DNA of 64,000 bases from Octopus vulgaris. Its lineage: Eukaryota. The notes beneath the pieces are model-generated. The model did no database searches, was not told the DNA's origin, and saw only the letters and a list, made by a program, of their open reading frames with translations. Every line of letters starts with the position of its first letter. Positions within the stretch are counted from its first letter, which is position 1. The stretch covers positions 159,154,001 to 159,218,000 of the forward strand of contig OX597815.1 of NCBI GenBank assembly GCA_951406725.2, in the 5' to 3' direction. Shown piece by piece: positions 9,729-23,680 of this stretch. Both the position numbers and the translations under genes were made by a program.

Positions 9729-11054
9729 CTGACACACAAACACACCACCAGCAGCAGTTCAAGAATTTGGACCTGGAGATCTCCATTTCTAGCGACTTCG
9801 AGGTCCACCTCATAGTGGTGTCAGGTGTCAACGAAGAGCCCTCAACTACAACAAGACGACCAAAGTTTTTTTTTCCCAAGGTCTGGGGTCTCCTGCCCCT
9901 AAGCCCTAGACCATCACCTAATCACCCTTACCCGTCTTGGTGCTTAACAACAACAACAACAACAGCAGCAGCAGTAGCACTACCACCACCATAATTTTTT
10001 GTCCATTTTTCAACAGAGATAATGGTTGGATGGTTTCTTTTCTAAAACAGTGTTTTATGGACGAATGCCTTTTGTGTTGTTACCAACATTTTCAGTCAGC
10101 TCTTATGTTATGCACACACAATTATCATTTGATACACACAGTAAACAAAGAATATCTGTCAAATCATTATCGTTAATATTACTTTTTAGTGTATTTCAGT
10201 TTCTTTTAACATCATTTTTACATGACTGGTAGACCTTTCATAGCTCCAACTGCTTTGCAGTATAGGAAACAAAACAAAATGAAACGAAACAAAAAAGATC
10301 ATGTGACATTCATGCCAGACCACACAGCCTGTTAAAACAACAACAATGATAATAATCATATTTATTAGTGACATATGCTAGGGATTAAACCTATTCCTTT
10401 GGTAAAAGACTAAGAATTTAGTGAGGAAACCATATTTGCAACAGTGATTCAGATGTTGACTGCAGGGAGTTAGAATTTTAGAAAAGAAAATTAATAAAAT
10501 TAAGTTTATCATCTTTGCCTTATCTGCATGTATATCTGAATAATTGTACAAAGATAGAACTGTCTCTGCAAGAGAGCATGTATTTGTGTGTTGTGTGTAT
10601 GTGTGTGTGTGTGTGTGTGTGTGCAATAGGTATGTGGTTGTGTATGTCTGTGTGTTTAAATATAAACACATAAATATCTGTAAGGATAAAATTTTATTTG
10701 TTTTTTTTTTGCTTATTTTAAAAAAAAAAAACAAGCAGGAGAAAAATGAAAATGACTTATATAGGAACGTGCAACAGAAATTTAGTGAGTAAGCATAAAT
10801 AAGTGAGTACATAAAGCTTTCTGTTCTTTTTCTTTTCGATTTTTTTCTTTTTTGCTCTCCCTAGCATCACAGACTAGCTTGCAGCTACACTATGACAGAT
10901 ATCTCAACTGAATTAACTAATAAAACATACCATATTCACAAACATCTATATTCATACATACATACATACATACATATATATATATATTTACATATATATA
11001 CATATATGTATATACACTTGTACATACATGTATATATACGTACATACATGTACA

Positions 11055-11093
<39 letters not shown>

Positions 11094-11098
11094 TTACA

Positions 11099-11139
<41 letters not shown>

Positions 11140-11797
11140 GAAAGATGGAAGATGGAATATACACACACATACACACTCATGTATACATAACCACACATGC
11201 ATAGACTTCTCTCCCTCTTTCCTTTTCTCTCTCTCACTCACTCTCTTACTCACTCACGCATACAACCACAAATTATAAACATTTTAACAGCTCACATTAA
11301 AAAGTTCAATATGTAACTATATTTAAATCTTCCCAAACTGTATTAAAGTGAAAGTATAAAAAAAAGGAGTAAAAAAAATAATAAAGAAATAAAATAAAGA
11401 CACAGGACCAAAAGAGAAAAAATAACAAAAAAAAAAAAGTAAAAGGTACCCCCGCCACATCCCCAATAACTCTGACTTAACAAATTGCACGAAAATTACA
11501 CATTAATGATATCAAATCACAGTCGTTTAGATTGAAAATATTATAGAAGACTTGAATTGAACGAAAGCATTTGTTTTAATGTAGATGCATCTACTTTCTT
11601 TCTTTCTTTCTTTGATTTTGTTTTTCCTTTATATAATTCTTAAGAATTGCTTCTTATTTCAGACAGTAATTTAGAAAAACAGAGGAAAACAAAAGAAATT
11701 TTTTTTTTAAAAAAGTAAAATAATTTCAACCAAAGGACATAAATAAAAAAAAAAAAAATTCAGCAATTGAAAAAGAGATAGCAATGTGAATACCATC

Positions 11798-12045
11798 AAT
11801 AATAATAATAATAATAATAATGATAAATAATAATGATAATAATAATAATAATAAATAATAATAATGATAATAATAATAATAATAATTATAATAATAATAA
11901 TAATAATAATCATGATGATGATGATGATGTTTCAAATTCTGGCAGAAGGCCATAATAATAACAAACACAATAACAACAATAATAATAATAGTAACAACAA
12001 AAATAATGATAATCATAATAATCATGATGATGATGATAATGATGG
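11798..12045. repeat. (AAT)n/(GAT)n/(AAC)n trinucleotide microsatellite
   Basis: Directly visible. Confidence 0.95.
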
Positions 12046-12465
12046 TAGTGGTGGTGCCTAATTATTTATGAATTGTATAGGAAGTGACAAAAAGGTGACT
12101 GAATAGAAATGTTTGTACTTATTAAGTTCAAGATTTCAAGTGATTTGAGAGAAAAAAAAAAGGTGCTTTTGTTTTTATAGGAAATTCTATATTTTACTTC
12201 ACTTTTGGCTATTTTCCTTGTTAAAAAAAAAACAAATCAAAAAACTGTTAATGTTGCCACCACAAACTCTTTCCACCTCTCTGCTCTGCACCTTAGTATC
12301 ATACGTCATATGTGTGAGCATAATTGTGTGTGTGTGGTGTATATTTAAATAATAGTAGCGAAAGGTAACTATTTTGTCTTATGTAAACACACACAAAACC
12401 ATGTGTACATATATATATATATACATATATATATATACAAACTAAAGAGTTATGCTGTTTTTTTG

Positions 12466-13503
12466 GGCTGTGTGGTAAGTAGCTTGCTAACCAGCCACAT
12501 GGTTCTGGGTTCAGTCCCACTGCGTGGCATCTTGGGCAAGTGCCTTCTGCTATAGCCTCGGGCCGACCAAAGCCTTGTGAGTGGATTTGGTAGACGGAAA
12601 CTGAAAGAAGCCTGTCATATATATGTATATATATGTGTGTGTATATGTTTGTGTGTCTGTGTTTGTCCCTCTAGCATTGCTTGACAACCGATGCTGATGT
12701 ATTTACGTCCCCGTCACTTAGCGGTTCGGCAAAAGAGACCGATAGAATAAGTACTGGGCCTACAAAGAATAAGTCCCGGGGTCGATTTGCTCGACTAAAA
12801 GGCGGTGCTCCAGCATGGCCGCAGTCAAATGACTTGGGAAAGTGTCTTCTACTATAGCCTCGGGCTGATCAAAGCCTTGTGAGTGGATTTGGTAGACGGA
12901 AACTATAAGCCTGTCGTGTATATATATATATATATATATATTTCAACAATTGAGGGTAAAATTAATTAATTATTAATCAATTTCACCAAGTGTTCAGTAT
13001 GCAAAGGGACCATTTAAGGCGAATTCAAATTATTACATTATATAAAAGGGCTTAGTAAAATAAATTACTTTGCCGCATACTGAACTCATTAGAAATAGCA
13101 GCTAAAAAACTTTTTTAAAGCTATTTCTAATACTTAAAGAAAATCTCTCTCATATATAGTGTTTGCTTAATTCAACTCACAAAAGTTTGGGGGTAAGGAC
13201 ATCAAAAAATCAAATGCTAAGGTTATTTGAGAACGTACGTTTCAAGATTAGTCAAAACAACACTTCTATCATTTATATATATATATATATATATATGTGT
13301 GTCTGTGTTTGTCCCCCCAACATCGCTTGACAACCGATGCTGGTATGTTTACGTCCCCGTTACTTAGCGGTTCGGCAAAAGAGACCGATAGAATAAGTAC
13401 TAGGCTTACAAAGAATAAGTCCTGGGGTCGATTTGTTCGACTAAAAGGCGGTGCTCCAGCATGGCCGCAGTCAAATGACTGAAACAAGTAAAAGAGTAAA
13501 GAG
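12466..13503 (+). mobile_element. Two tandem copies of tRNA-derived SINE family A (octopus OK/OR-like); the second is interrupted in its internal (TA)n
   Basis: A-box/B-box-like head TGGCTGTGTGG...GGTTCAGTCCC, body ACCTTGGGCAAGTG...GGAAACTGAAAGAAGCC, internal TA/TG tract, tail GTAAAAGA repeats. Confidence 0.85.
12941..13272. mobile_element. Unclassified structured element inserted in (TA)n
   Basis: Flanked by TA runs inside a SINE. Hairpins GTTCAGTATGC..GCATACTGAAC and TTAGAAATAGC..GCTATTTCTAA. Confidence 0.55.
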
Positions 13504-13719
13504 TAATATACAGGCATTGCTATGTAGAAATATTCACACAAATGTATGTATATGTGTACATATGCACACATATACATACAGGCGCAGGAGTGGCTGTGTG
13601 GTAAGTACACTGGTACTTATTCTATCAGTCTCTTTTGCTGAATAGCTAGTTCACAGGGATGTAAACACACCAACACCGGTTGTCAGTCGGTGGTGAGGCA
13701 ACAAACACAAAGACACATA

Positions 13720-14270
13720 AATATACATACATACACACATCATGATCATTCTCATTTAACATCCATTTTCCGTCCTTGCATGGGTTGGACGGTTTGACCG
13801 AGGTGTGGAGAGCCAGCAGCTGCAAACACATACATGATAGGCTTCTTTCAGTTTCCATCTGCCAAATCCATTCACAAGGCTTTGGTTAACCTGAGGCTAT
13901 AGTAAAAGACACTTGCCTAAGATGCCATGCAGTGAGACTGAAGCCAGAACCATGTGGTTGGGAAGCAAGCTTCTTATTTCTTTACTGCCCACAAGGGGCT
14001 ACACACAGAAGGGACAAACAAGGAGAGACAAACGGATTAAGTCAATTATATTGACCGCAGTGCATAACTGGTACTTATTTAATCAACCCCGAAAGGATGA
14101 AAGGCAAAGTTGACCTCGGCGGAATTTGAACTCAGAACGTAGTGGCAGACGAAATACCACTAAGCATTTCGCCCGGCATGCTAACGCTTCTGCCAGTTCG
14201 CCGCTCTGGGAGGCAAGCTTCTTACCACACAGCCACACCTGTGCCTCTTACCACACAGCTACACCTGTAC
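13720..14270 (-). mobile_element. SINE A head with nested SINE B (13975-14204) and an RTE-type tail fragment
   Basis: Matches to both SINE consensus units; GCAAGCTTCTTA is duplicated around the SINE B copy. Confidence 0.75.
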
Positions 14271-14494
14271 CTATTATAAACAGAAAGCTATTTGAATAGT
14301 AGATATGCTCTACTTACCTACATACACACACTCTGAAGTATGGTAGACCAGGGTTGCTCTTTTTGAACAGAGAATTTGGTTGATAGACATCAAAGATTAT
14401 ATTCCAGTCAGCAGAATTATCACTGGAAAAAAAAAATGGTCAGAGTATATAACATGTGTGTGCGTGTAGAAAGAATATTTAATAATAGATAATA

Positions 14495-14745
14495 GATGCA
14501 CCCTTTTAAAGCCTAGCCAGGCTCATGGGCCCGGTTTCCCGGTTTCCATGGCATATGTGTTCCCCAGCTAGATGGGACGCCAGTCCATCGCAGCATTACT
14601 AATTTTTGCCAGCTGAGTGGACTGGAGCAACATGAAATGAAGTGTTTTGCTCAAGAACACAATGCATCGCCCAGTCCAGGGATTGAAACAACAATCTTAC
14701 AATCATGATGCTGACACCCTAACCACTAAGCCACGCACCTCCACA
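14495..14745 (-). mobile_element. tRNA-derived SINE family C
   Basis: Head GTGGAGGTGCGTGGCTTAGTGGTTAGGG...GTTTCAATCCC and body GCGATGGACTGGCGTCCCATC. Related heads at ~46560-46705, 48100-48215, 55838-56000 and 59230-59360. Confidence 0.75.
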
Positions 14746-15346
14746 GAAAAAATATTTGGTAGTCCTAAAACACCTAGCACCATTTTGTCTTTGAAAGAAA
14801 TAGCTAACCAGCAGTGTAGCCACAGCATCAAAACCAATGGATGACAACGGCACAGCTAAAGCACCTAGCTGCTAGAACCAACCAAATTGTTTCAGTGGTG
14901 ACACATACAGTTATACTGCTAGACAGATCATTCATACTACTGTCATTCCAACATAATGTATTACGCAGGACATCACCTAAAGTGTCACATCTTTTCTAAA
15001 GAAGGTAGGTTGCTATTTTGGGGTGTTTTGACTGCAATTTCTACTTGGCCTCGGGCCATTGTTGTATGAAAAACTGCTGCATTTACTGTGATTAATTGAT
15101 TTCTATGTTCCTTTACTTCAAGATTCATTATCATCATACAGGGTTCTGTAGCCATCAAGGGCCACTGATAACTTGAATTTTCCAAAAGTCTGTGAGGCAC
15201 CAGTCTGTATCAGAGTGAACAAGAGTAATGTGAAGTAAAGTGCCTTGCCCAAGGGCAGATTGAGCCATTGGTCTGGGAATCAAACTCATGACCTAACAAT
15301 TGTCAGTCCAAGGCTACACACTTTCACACTTCTGGATCCACCAACA

Positions 15347-15380
<34 letters not shown>

Positions 15381-15880
15381 CCAGAAATTATACACACCTC
15401 AGCAAAGCATTCTTCTTCCCAAACTGTTGATAAGCCATCCATCCAACCCATGCCAACATGGAAAGAGGACACTAAACAACGATGATGATTGTTTCGAATT
15501 AATCATGTGTTATCTTGTAGCTTTGAGATTTTCATGATGTCATCATTATCATCACCATCATCATCATCGTCATCATTTACAGTCTTTTTCCATGCTGAAA
15601 CTGGTAAGCCGGAGAGCAGCACCAGGCTCCAGTTCTCTGTTTTGGCTTTGTTTCTATGGCTGGAGGCCCTTCCTAATGCCAACCACTGGATCTGGCCAGA
15701 GTTAACATAAAGCCAGTAGAATATTTGAGCCTGATATGGCCAGTTTAAAATGCTGAAGAGTTAACGTTAAACAAAAAATTTTTGTCTTAAACATAAAAAT
15801 CCACTGAAAATCACACAGCAATTTACATATCCCCTAAGTGGTCACTTGATATGCTAGTAATAGCAGTTTTCTTTAATGCA

Positions 15881-16221
15881 TAGGCGCAGGAGTGGCTGTG
15901 TGGTAAGTAGCTTGCTTACCAACCACAACCTCGGGCCAACCAAAGCCTTGTGGTAGACGGAAACTGAAAGAAGCCTGTCATATATATGTACGTGTATATA
16001 TATGTGTGTGTGTGTTTGTATGTCTGTGTTTGTCCCCCCAACATCGCTTGACAACTGATGCTGGTGTGTTTATGTCCCTGTAACTTAGCGGTTCGGCAAA
16101 ACAGACCGATAGAATAAGTACTAGGCTTACAAAGAATAAGTCCCGGGGTCGATTTGCTCAACTATAGGTGGTGCTCCAGCATGGCTGCAGTCAAATGACT
16201 GAAACAAGTAAAAGAGTAAAG
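15881..16221 (+). mobile_element. SINE family A (internal deletions)
   Basis: AGGCGCAGGAGTGGCTGTGTGG head through GTAAAAGAG tail. Confidence 0.85.
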
Positions 16222-16456
16222 GGAGTATGCTAATATTTTTAAATAGTCAGGACACATTGGATAATGTAGTTCTATGCTAAAGCTGATAAAACAAACTAAC
16301 ATGGCCAATGGAACTGAAATGGATTTAGACAGGTTTGCTTGACCAGGGTTTATCTGGTGAACAATAGCAACAGCAACAGTATGAAGGCACCTCAATGTCA
16401 GTCATGGACAAACTGGCCTACAGAACTCTTTGAATGGCATACCTAACAATAATTAT

Positions 16457-16691
16457 TTATTTCTTTACTACTCACAAGAGGCTAAACACAGAGAGGGCAA
16501 ACAAGGACAGACAAACGGAGTAAGTCGATTATATCGACCCCAGTGCATAACTGGTATTTATTTAATCGACCCCGAAAGGATGAAAGGCAAAGTTGACCTC
16601 GGCGGAATTTGAACTCAGAATGTAGCAGCAGATGGAGTACCGCTAAGCATTTTGCCCGGCGTACTAATGTTTCTGCCAGCTCACCGCCTAA
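16457..16691 (-). mobile_element. SINE family B, near full length
   Basis: Near-identical to 40363-40594. Confidence 0.85.
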
Positions 16692-17069
16692 CAATAATTA
16701 CCTTCAAATAGCTTGGCTGGGGTTATAGTGGAAGTCACTTGTCCAAGGTGCCATGCAGAGGGACTGAACCCTAAAAAGCCATGTGGTTGAGAAGCAAACA
16801 TCTTACCACACAACCACTTCTGCATCTACAACCAATTTTCTTAATACATTCACATCTCTTCTGTCATCTATCTCTTGCAGAGTATCCAAATACCTGCTAT
16901 GCAGAATTTTTCTGAATTAACAGGAATGTCTGCAACATATGCCTGCATCAAGCTAGCATATGTACTGAAATTACAAGCCAATCAGAGCCTCTGTGTTATG
17001 AATGCTCTTAGCAGGATACTAAAGTTAGGTCAGCTAAACAATATGGGGGATGCATTCAGTTTGAAGGCG

Positions 17070-17161
<92 letters not shown>

Positions 17162-17799
17162 CATATACATATATATATACACATATACATACACACACAC
17201 ATATATATATATATATATACACTCACACATATTTCTATTTATATTAAAATAATAAAAAAGGAGGAAGGCTTGGTTTGCATACTTATCGTTATAGTAATAG
17301 TGTGGGTCTTAACCAAAACACCAGGAGGATATGACAGAGCTGCCCCCCCCCCCCGTGTCAGCCATAAAAATATAGGTAGGGTGGAGAGATAACTAAGAAA
17401 GAAACAAACAAACCAACTCATGTCTGGAATGAATGAATGAATGAATGAATGAAAGAAGGAATGAATGATACTCAATCATCTGAATCCAAGATATTTTAGT
17501 TATTTATTCAAGTTTCATCACCATATATCTTCTTTAATAGAAAAATTGATCCACTTTAAACACATCCCGATATTCACGAGTGGGAAAATGTTTACACAGA
17601 ATTGTATACACAAATATATGAATATGTACATACACAGATATATAAAAAATATATATAAATGTAAACACAAATACATGAATATGTACATACACACACATAT
17701 ATACACACATACATATGTACACACACATATACAAACATACATGTACACACACACACATGATTTATTTGTGTATTAAGGCTGTAATACACTAAAAAACTT

Positions 17800-17836
<37 letters not shown>

Positions 17837-18084
17837 ATATGTATATATATATATATATATATATACACAAACACACACTTAAGCATGCATGCAAATATAC
17901 CAGACTTTGCATAAGGGAGTTTTAATAAGTACAATAAAAATATGAAGCAAATACTACGTAAAAAAAACCCCTAAAATTAAATATTGCTTGTTCTAGTATT
18001 TAGTATGTTTGTTCGTTTATTTTAGCAGTCACCCTAACATTTTTCCTAGATAACTATCTTTATTCAATATTTCCTAAATTCATT

Positions 18085-18129
<45 letters not shown>

Positions 18130-19443
18130 AAGTGCAAATACATGAAATAGTATATGAATGGAATGTATCTGTATACACACACAGATACATATGTATATAT
18201 ATCTATACACACACACACATACATGCTCATAGATAAACAAAGCCAAAAAAATGGACACAAATATATATATATTATATTTTTTATGCTTCATGTTTGCATA
18301 GCACTAAGAAATCACATAAATAAATTTAAAAAAAAAAGGAAAAAAGTAATAAAAAACCCCCCAGAAAAGCTACAGGCTTCATAACAAAACAGAAGAGAAA
18401 AAAAATTCAGGCAAGCAAGCAAGCATTTTGGATCTAAAAAAGAACTAATTTATTTTTGTTGATGATAGGATGAAGGGTTATCTGAGAGAGCCCCTCGTTG
18501 TTTGTGGTAAGCTAATATACAGTAAGTTATTTCTAACTAAGAGGTCAGATTCAATCAGAAACAAAAACTGAATTAAAAAACATAATAACGAAACACACCA
18601 TTCCCTTTTATAAAAAAAACCCCTCTTTCATCAGCTTTTTTTTGTTTAGTTGGATCTATTCTGCTGACGCCAATTCTTGTTTTATAGACTGTTTATTAGT
18701 CATTTATTTTACAATGCACTGAATTTAAACAGGAATTAAAAGTACGCTTAGAAACACTTAGGGAAAATATAGAGACGGGGGTGGGTGGGGGGGGTTGTCT
18801 CTTCACAAGACAGTAAAGGAAATAAAAGGAAAAAAAGCAATGAGATGAACAAATTTTACTTATATACATACAGATAAGGTTCATGTGAAAATGTCATAAG
18901 CTATATAGATAGATATAGGTTTAGAAAGTGCATATAAAAATTTGCAATTTAGACCAATAATGCAATGGTGAGCAAAAGATGATTGATGTTGATGTTATTT
19001 ACACTTTTAGTCTCAAAATCCAAGTTCACAGAGTCAGGTTGTGTGTGCGCATATATATGTATACATTCATATATATATACATTTATGCAAGTATGTATCT
19101 AGCTACCTAACCATATTATCATAATTTAGCAGCAGTAGCAGTAGCAGCAGCAGCAATAGCCATCTGCAGAGGAAACTATAACATCTTTCACTCTCTGCCT
19201 CCAACTGTCTTTGTCTCCCATCAAAACTTTTGATTTCAGAATCTGAGTCAATACCAGTAACCTTGCTGAGCATTTTTTGGCAAAATTTTTATTCCTGCTC
19301 TTCTACACCACCAGATGGTGACCAAAATGAAAGCTTAGAAACTGGCATCTTCTACCATAGCTCCAGGCCGACCGAAGCCTTGCAAGCGGTAGATGGAAAC
19401 TGAAAGAAGCCTGTCGTATATATGTACATTTAAGTGTGCACGA

Positions 19444-19476
<33 letters not shown>

Positions 19477-19812
19477 TGTGTGTGCTACAGTCTCCTTGCT
19501 TCAACATTGCATGATAGTTGTAAGCAAGAGCCACTCACATGAAACCAGTGTTCTTCATTGCCAATCTACCATGAAAACATGTGTAGTTATGGGGAAAATG
19601 CTTTCTTACTTGAAAACAGGTAAGGGTTGGTGATAGGAAGGGCATCCGGCCGTAGAAAAATCTGCCTCAACAAATTTTATCTGAGCCATGCATGAAGGCA
19701 CCAGACATAATGTAAAATGTTCTCTGAGTTGTTTTCATCACATGAAACAATTAGTAGCTCATAAAAATAGATACTGTGTTTATTAAACAATATCATCATC
19801 ATCATCATCATC

Positions 19813-20048
19813 TTTTACTCTTTTACTTGTTTCAGTCATTTGACTCAGACCATGTTGGAGCACCGCCTTTAGTCGAGCAAATCAACCCCAGGACTTATTC
19901 TTTGTAAGCCTAGTACTTATTCTATTGGTTTCTTTTGCCGAACCGCTAAGTTACGGGGATGTAAACACACCAGCATCGATTGTCAAGCGATGTTGGGGGG
20001 GACAAATACAGACACACAAACATACACACACATACATATATATATATG

Positions 20049-20087
<39 letters not shown>

Positions 20088-20610
20088 GTAAGTATATATA
20101 TATATATATATATATATCAACAATCAAGGAACGGCCATAATAGGCCATTCACCCACTAGAAATAACAGCCAAAAGCTTTAACCGCAAAATAATGTCAATT
20201 CCGTAAACCAGGAGAAAATTGAAAAACATTTACCCTGTAATTTCTTAGACGATGCACCGTTTCATCTTCAGTTTAATGGAAAACTAACCTGATTAAATTA
20301 AATCAAGCCAATCTACCATAGGCCCTTAGATTCATCAGTAAGAAATAGCCAAAACCGGAACAGATATTTTTCACGAGGCATTCTCATTGCTATCGTCAAT
20401 ATCTGACCTAAAATTTTCAAATCGTCGCACTCGCGCCAAATTTATCGGCAGCAAATAAATATAAGCCGCCGATTCCATTACGGAATTAACCAGAAAATTC
20501 ATAATTAATCAATATAGGGTGGCAAAAAAATTTTGTAGAATTCTTTTGCCACCAGCGGCCTAGTGGGAAAAAAATTAAATAGTCATAAACCATTTTTAAT
20601 ATTGATTAAT

Positions 20611-20642
<32 letters not shown>

Positions 20643-20752
20643 TATGACGGGCTTCTTTCAGTTTCCGTCTACCAAATCCACTCACAAGGCTTTGGTCGGC
20701 CCAAGGCTATAATGAAGACACTTGCCCAAGGTGCCACACAGTGGGACTGAAT
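19813..20752 (-). mobile_element. SINE family A interrupted in its (TA)n by an unclassified ~495-bp element (20117-20612)
   Basis: SINE tail at 19813-20040 and head at 20640-20752 are collinear on either side of the insert. Confidence 0.8.
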
Positions 20753-20995
20753 CCATCATCATTTAATATATATTGATACACACACACACACATAAACATG
20801 AATATATACACATATATTGCAGATTGGTTAGTGTTAGGAAGGGCATCCAGCCATAAAAACCCTGCCTAAGCAGTCAGTAGCCCAGGGTAGTTTTCTACCT
20901 GGCTGGCTCCTGTCAAATGTTCTACCCATGCATGCATGGAAGATGGACATTAAATGATGATGATGATACACACACACACACATATATATATACAT

Positions 20996-21044
<49 letters not shown>

Positions 21045-21048
<4 letters not shown>

Positions 21049-21408
21049 CACAGGAGTGGCTGTGTGGTATCTTGGGCAAGTGTCTTCTGCTATAGCCTTG
21101 GGCCGACCAATGCCTTGTGAGTGGATTTGGTAGATGGAAACTGAAAGAAGCCTGTCGTATATATGTATATATATATATGTATGTGTGTGTATGTTTGTGT
21201 GTCTGTGTTTGTCCCCCCAACATTGCTTGACAACCGATGCTGGTGTGTTTACGTCCCCGTCACTTAGCGGTTCGGCAAAAAAGAGACCGATAGAATAAGT
21301 ACTGGGCTTACAAAGAATAAGTCCCGGGGTCGATTTGCTCGACTAAAGGCGGTGCTCCAGCATGGCCACAGTCAAATGACTGAAACATGTAAAAAAAGAG
21401 AAAAAGAG
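21045..21408 (+). mobile_element. SINE family A
   Basis: Matches the family consensus within the window. Confidence 0.85.
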
Positions 21409-22412
21409 ATATGTGTAGAGAGAGAGAGTGGGGGAGAGAGATACATCAAACTATGACCACACTGGGACACTATTTTTACTGAATTATATTAACTACAATA
21501 TGTAATTGATACAAATTTTATTGATTTCTGAAAGATGAGGAAAGTAATGTCAACTTGGAAAGGATTTGAACTTAAGTCATAAATAAATATAACCAAATAT
21601 ATTTTGCCTTATGGCCAACTGATTCTGCCATCTACAACATTACATATAAATATAAACTGAAATTTATCAGATATCTTGTAATTATATATTTGGAATAATT
21701 TGGAATATCTATGTATGTATGTCATGTTCTTTGATGCTTTTCACCATATTATCAGCCGAAGGAAAGGACATTTTATTAGTATTCCTAGAATAAATTTCAG
21801 TTTCAAATAATTAAATATTTTCTTCATTTTCTGTTCCCCATCCCTCAATGTTTTGGATATATTTTGCAAGATTTTCTTTTCTTTTTTTTTTTGGTGTATT
21901 TGTTGTTGTGTAATATTTTGAAGAATATTTTATATTCTGTGCAATGAAAAATTTTTATAATTGCTTTTAGCTAAAAATCATATCTGACATCTTTTCACAG
22001 CCTAGATACAAACCTGAGATGAATGACGAGACCTTTCAGTGATGCAGACATATCAAACTTATGCCAACAAAGAAACAAGCATCTGTTGATGATGATGATG
22101 ATGATGACGATGATTATCATCATTATCATTATCAATTTACTTTTGCTGGTATGGTTTGGGATAAGCATCATTGTCCAAGCCAGTTTTTATTTTGAGTACT
22201 GCCTTCTTAGACAGGTTGTGGACTGATTCTTGCTCAATATGTTCAACCACTGGCATGGTTTCTATGACTGGATGTCCTTCCTAGCATCTACCACTGCACA
22301 GGGTGCATAGAGTACATTTTACTGTGACACCAACACTAGTTCAAGGCAATGAGATTGAGTGATGAGAGAGAGTGAGAGGCAGTAGCAATGAGAGAGAGAG
22401 AGAGAGAGAAAA

Positions 22413-22445
<33 letters not shown>

Positions 22446-23200
22446 AAGAAAGAGAGAGAGAATCAGACAGATGGAGATAGGCAGCTGCATGTTGGTTGCT
22501 GGTAAGGAGATGGACTAGACCAACAGCAAGTGTGATGAGGGAAGAGAGAGAGAGATTGAAGGAAAACAGGTTAATGAAAGACAGAGTAAAGGATATGTGT
22601 GTGCATGTGTGTGTGTGTGTGCGTGTGAGAGAGAGAGAGAGAGACTGATGCATATCAACAATGAGTGACAAAAACAATAATATGTGAGAGAGAGTAGACT
22701 CCTTTGGGCTAAACAGGCATTCTGCAATCAAGTTGTCTTTTCTTCAGACAATATATATAGGACTATATTATCTAATATTTCCTTCTTATTTAATACTGTA
22801 GTGTGTGATACAAGCTTGTCTTGGCTGCTTACATCAAGCTACTGTAATTTTCCCTGACACATATTACAAATTAGTCTACAAGGGAAAGTTTATATAGTTA
22901 GTCAATATGCTAGAAATAACAACAAAGTATCCTTTGAATTATACCCTGCTCCTTACATAAAGGAACATTGGGCAATATATCCTCTTATATACAAACAGAT
23001 GAGATGGACATAGCGAAGAATGCATTTCATCAAAGCTGACCTGGAGCTGTATGACAGTAAGAACAATCCAGAACTTCAGTCAGAGAGAGAAACAGTTTAA
23101 ACAAAGATTATGATGGGAAGGTCAGCAAAAGCAGCAATTTGTCTTTACCCATTAGCATTCAGATTACTCTGTTAAAAGCAATGCTTATTTATTCACATTA

Positions 23201-23680
23201 CCATAAATCCTTGAGTATAGTCCGCCCTTGAATATAATGTGCAGGAGATTTTTAGGGGGCTGTACCTCTGAAAAACCTAAACCTTGTGTATAATACGCAC
23301 CCCTTCTCTAACTTGAGTCAAAGAGGTCTATATAACGTCCTTAGTTTGTAAAAATGTATACGGTAATGTCCTTTATTATTATTGTACATATATAACATAA
23401 TTTTTGTGCATTTTGTTTGCAGAAAATAAAGAAATAACAGTAATAACATTTAAGAAATGTTGCTTACTGCAAGTTTGATTCTTTTATGACTTCATTGCTT
23501 TCAGGCTTAGCTTAAGATATTTCTTAATATGTGTCTGAATAAACATTGCCAGACAGCAAATAGAGACTCGGACATTGCTTAGAAAATAATTTTCATTTTT
23601 AACCTCGTATATAGTATGCACTAAGATTTTGACCTTTAAATTTTTGGAAAAAAATTTGTATTATACTCGAGGATTTACGG
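23201..23680. mobile_element. pogo/Tc2-like MITE with TA target duplication, nested in a TTAA MITE
   Basis: TA|CCATAAATCCTTGAGTATAGT ... ATTATACTCGAGGATTTACGG|TA terminal inverted repeats. Confidence 0.8.
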
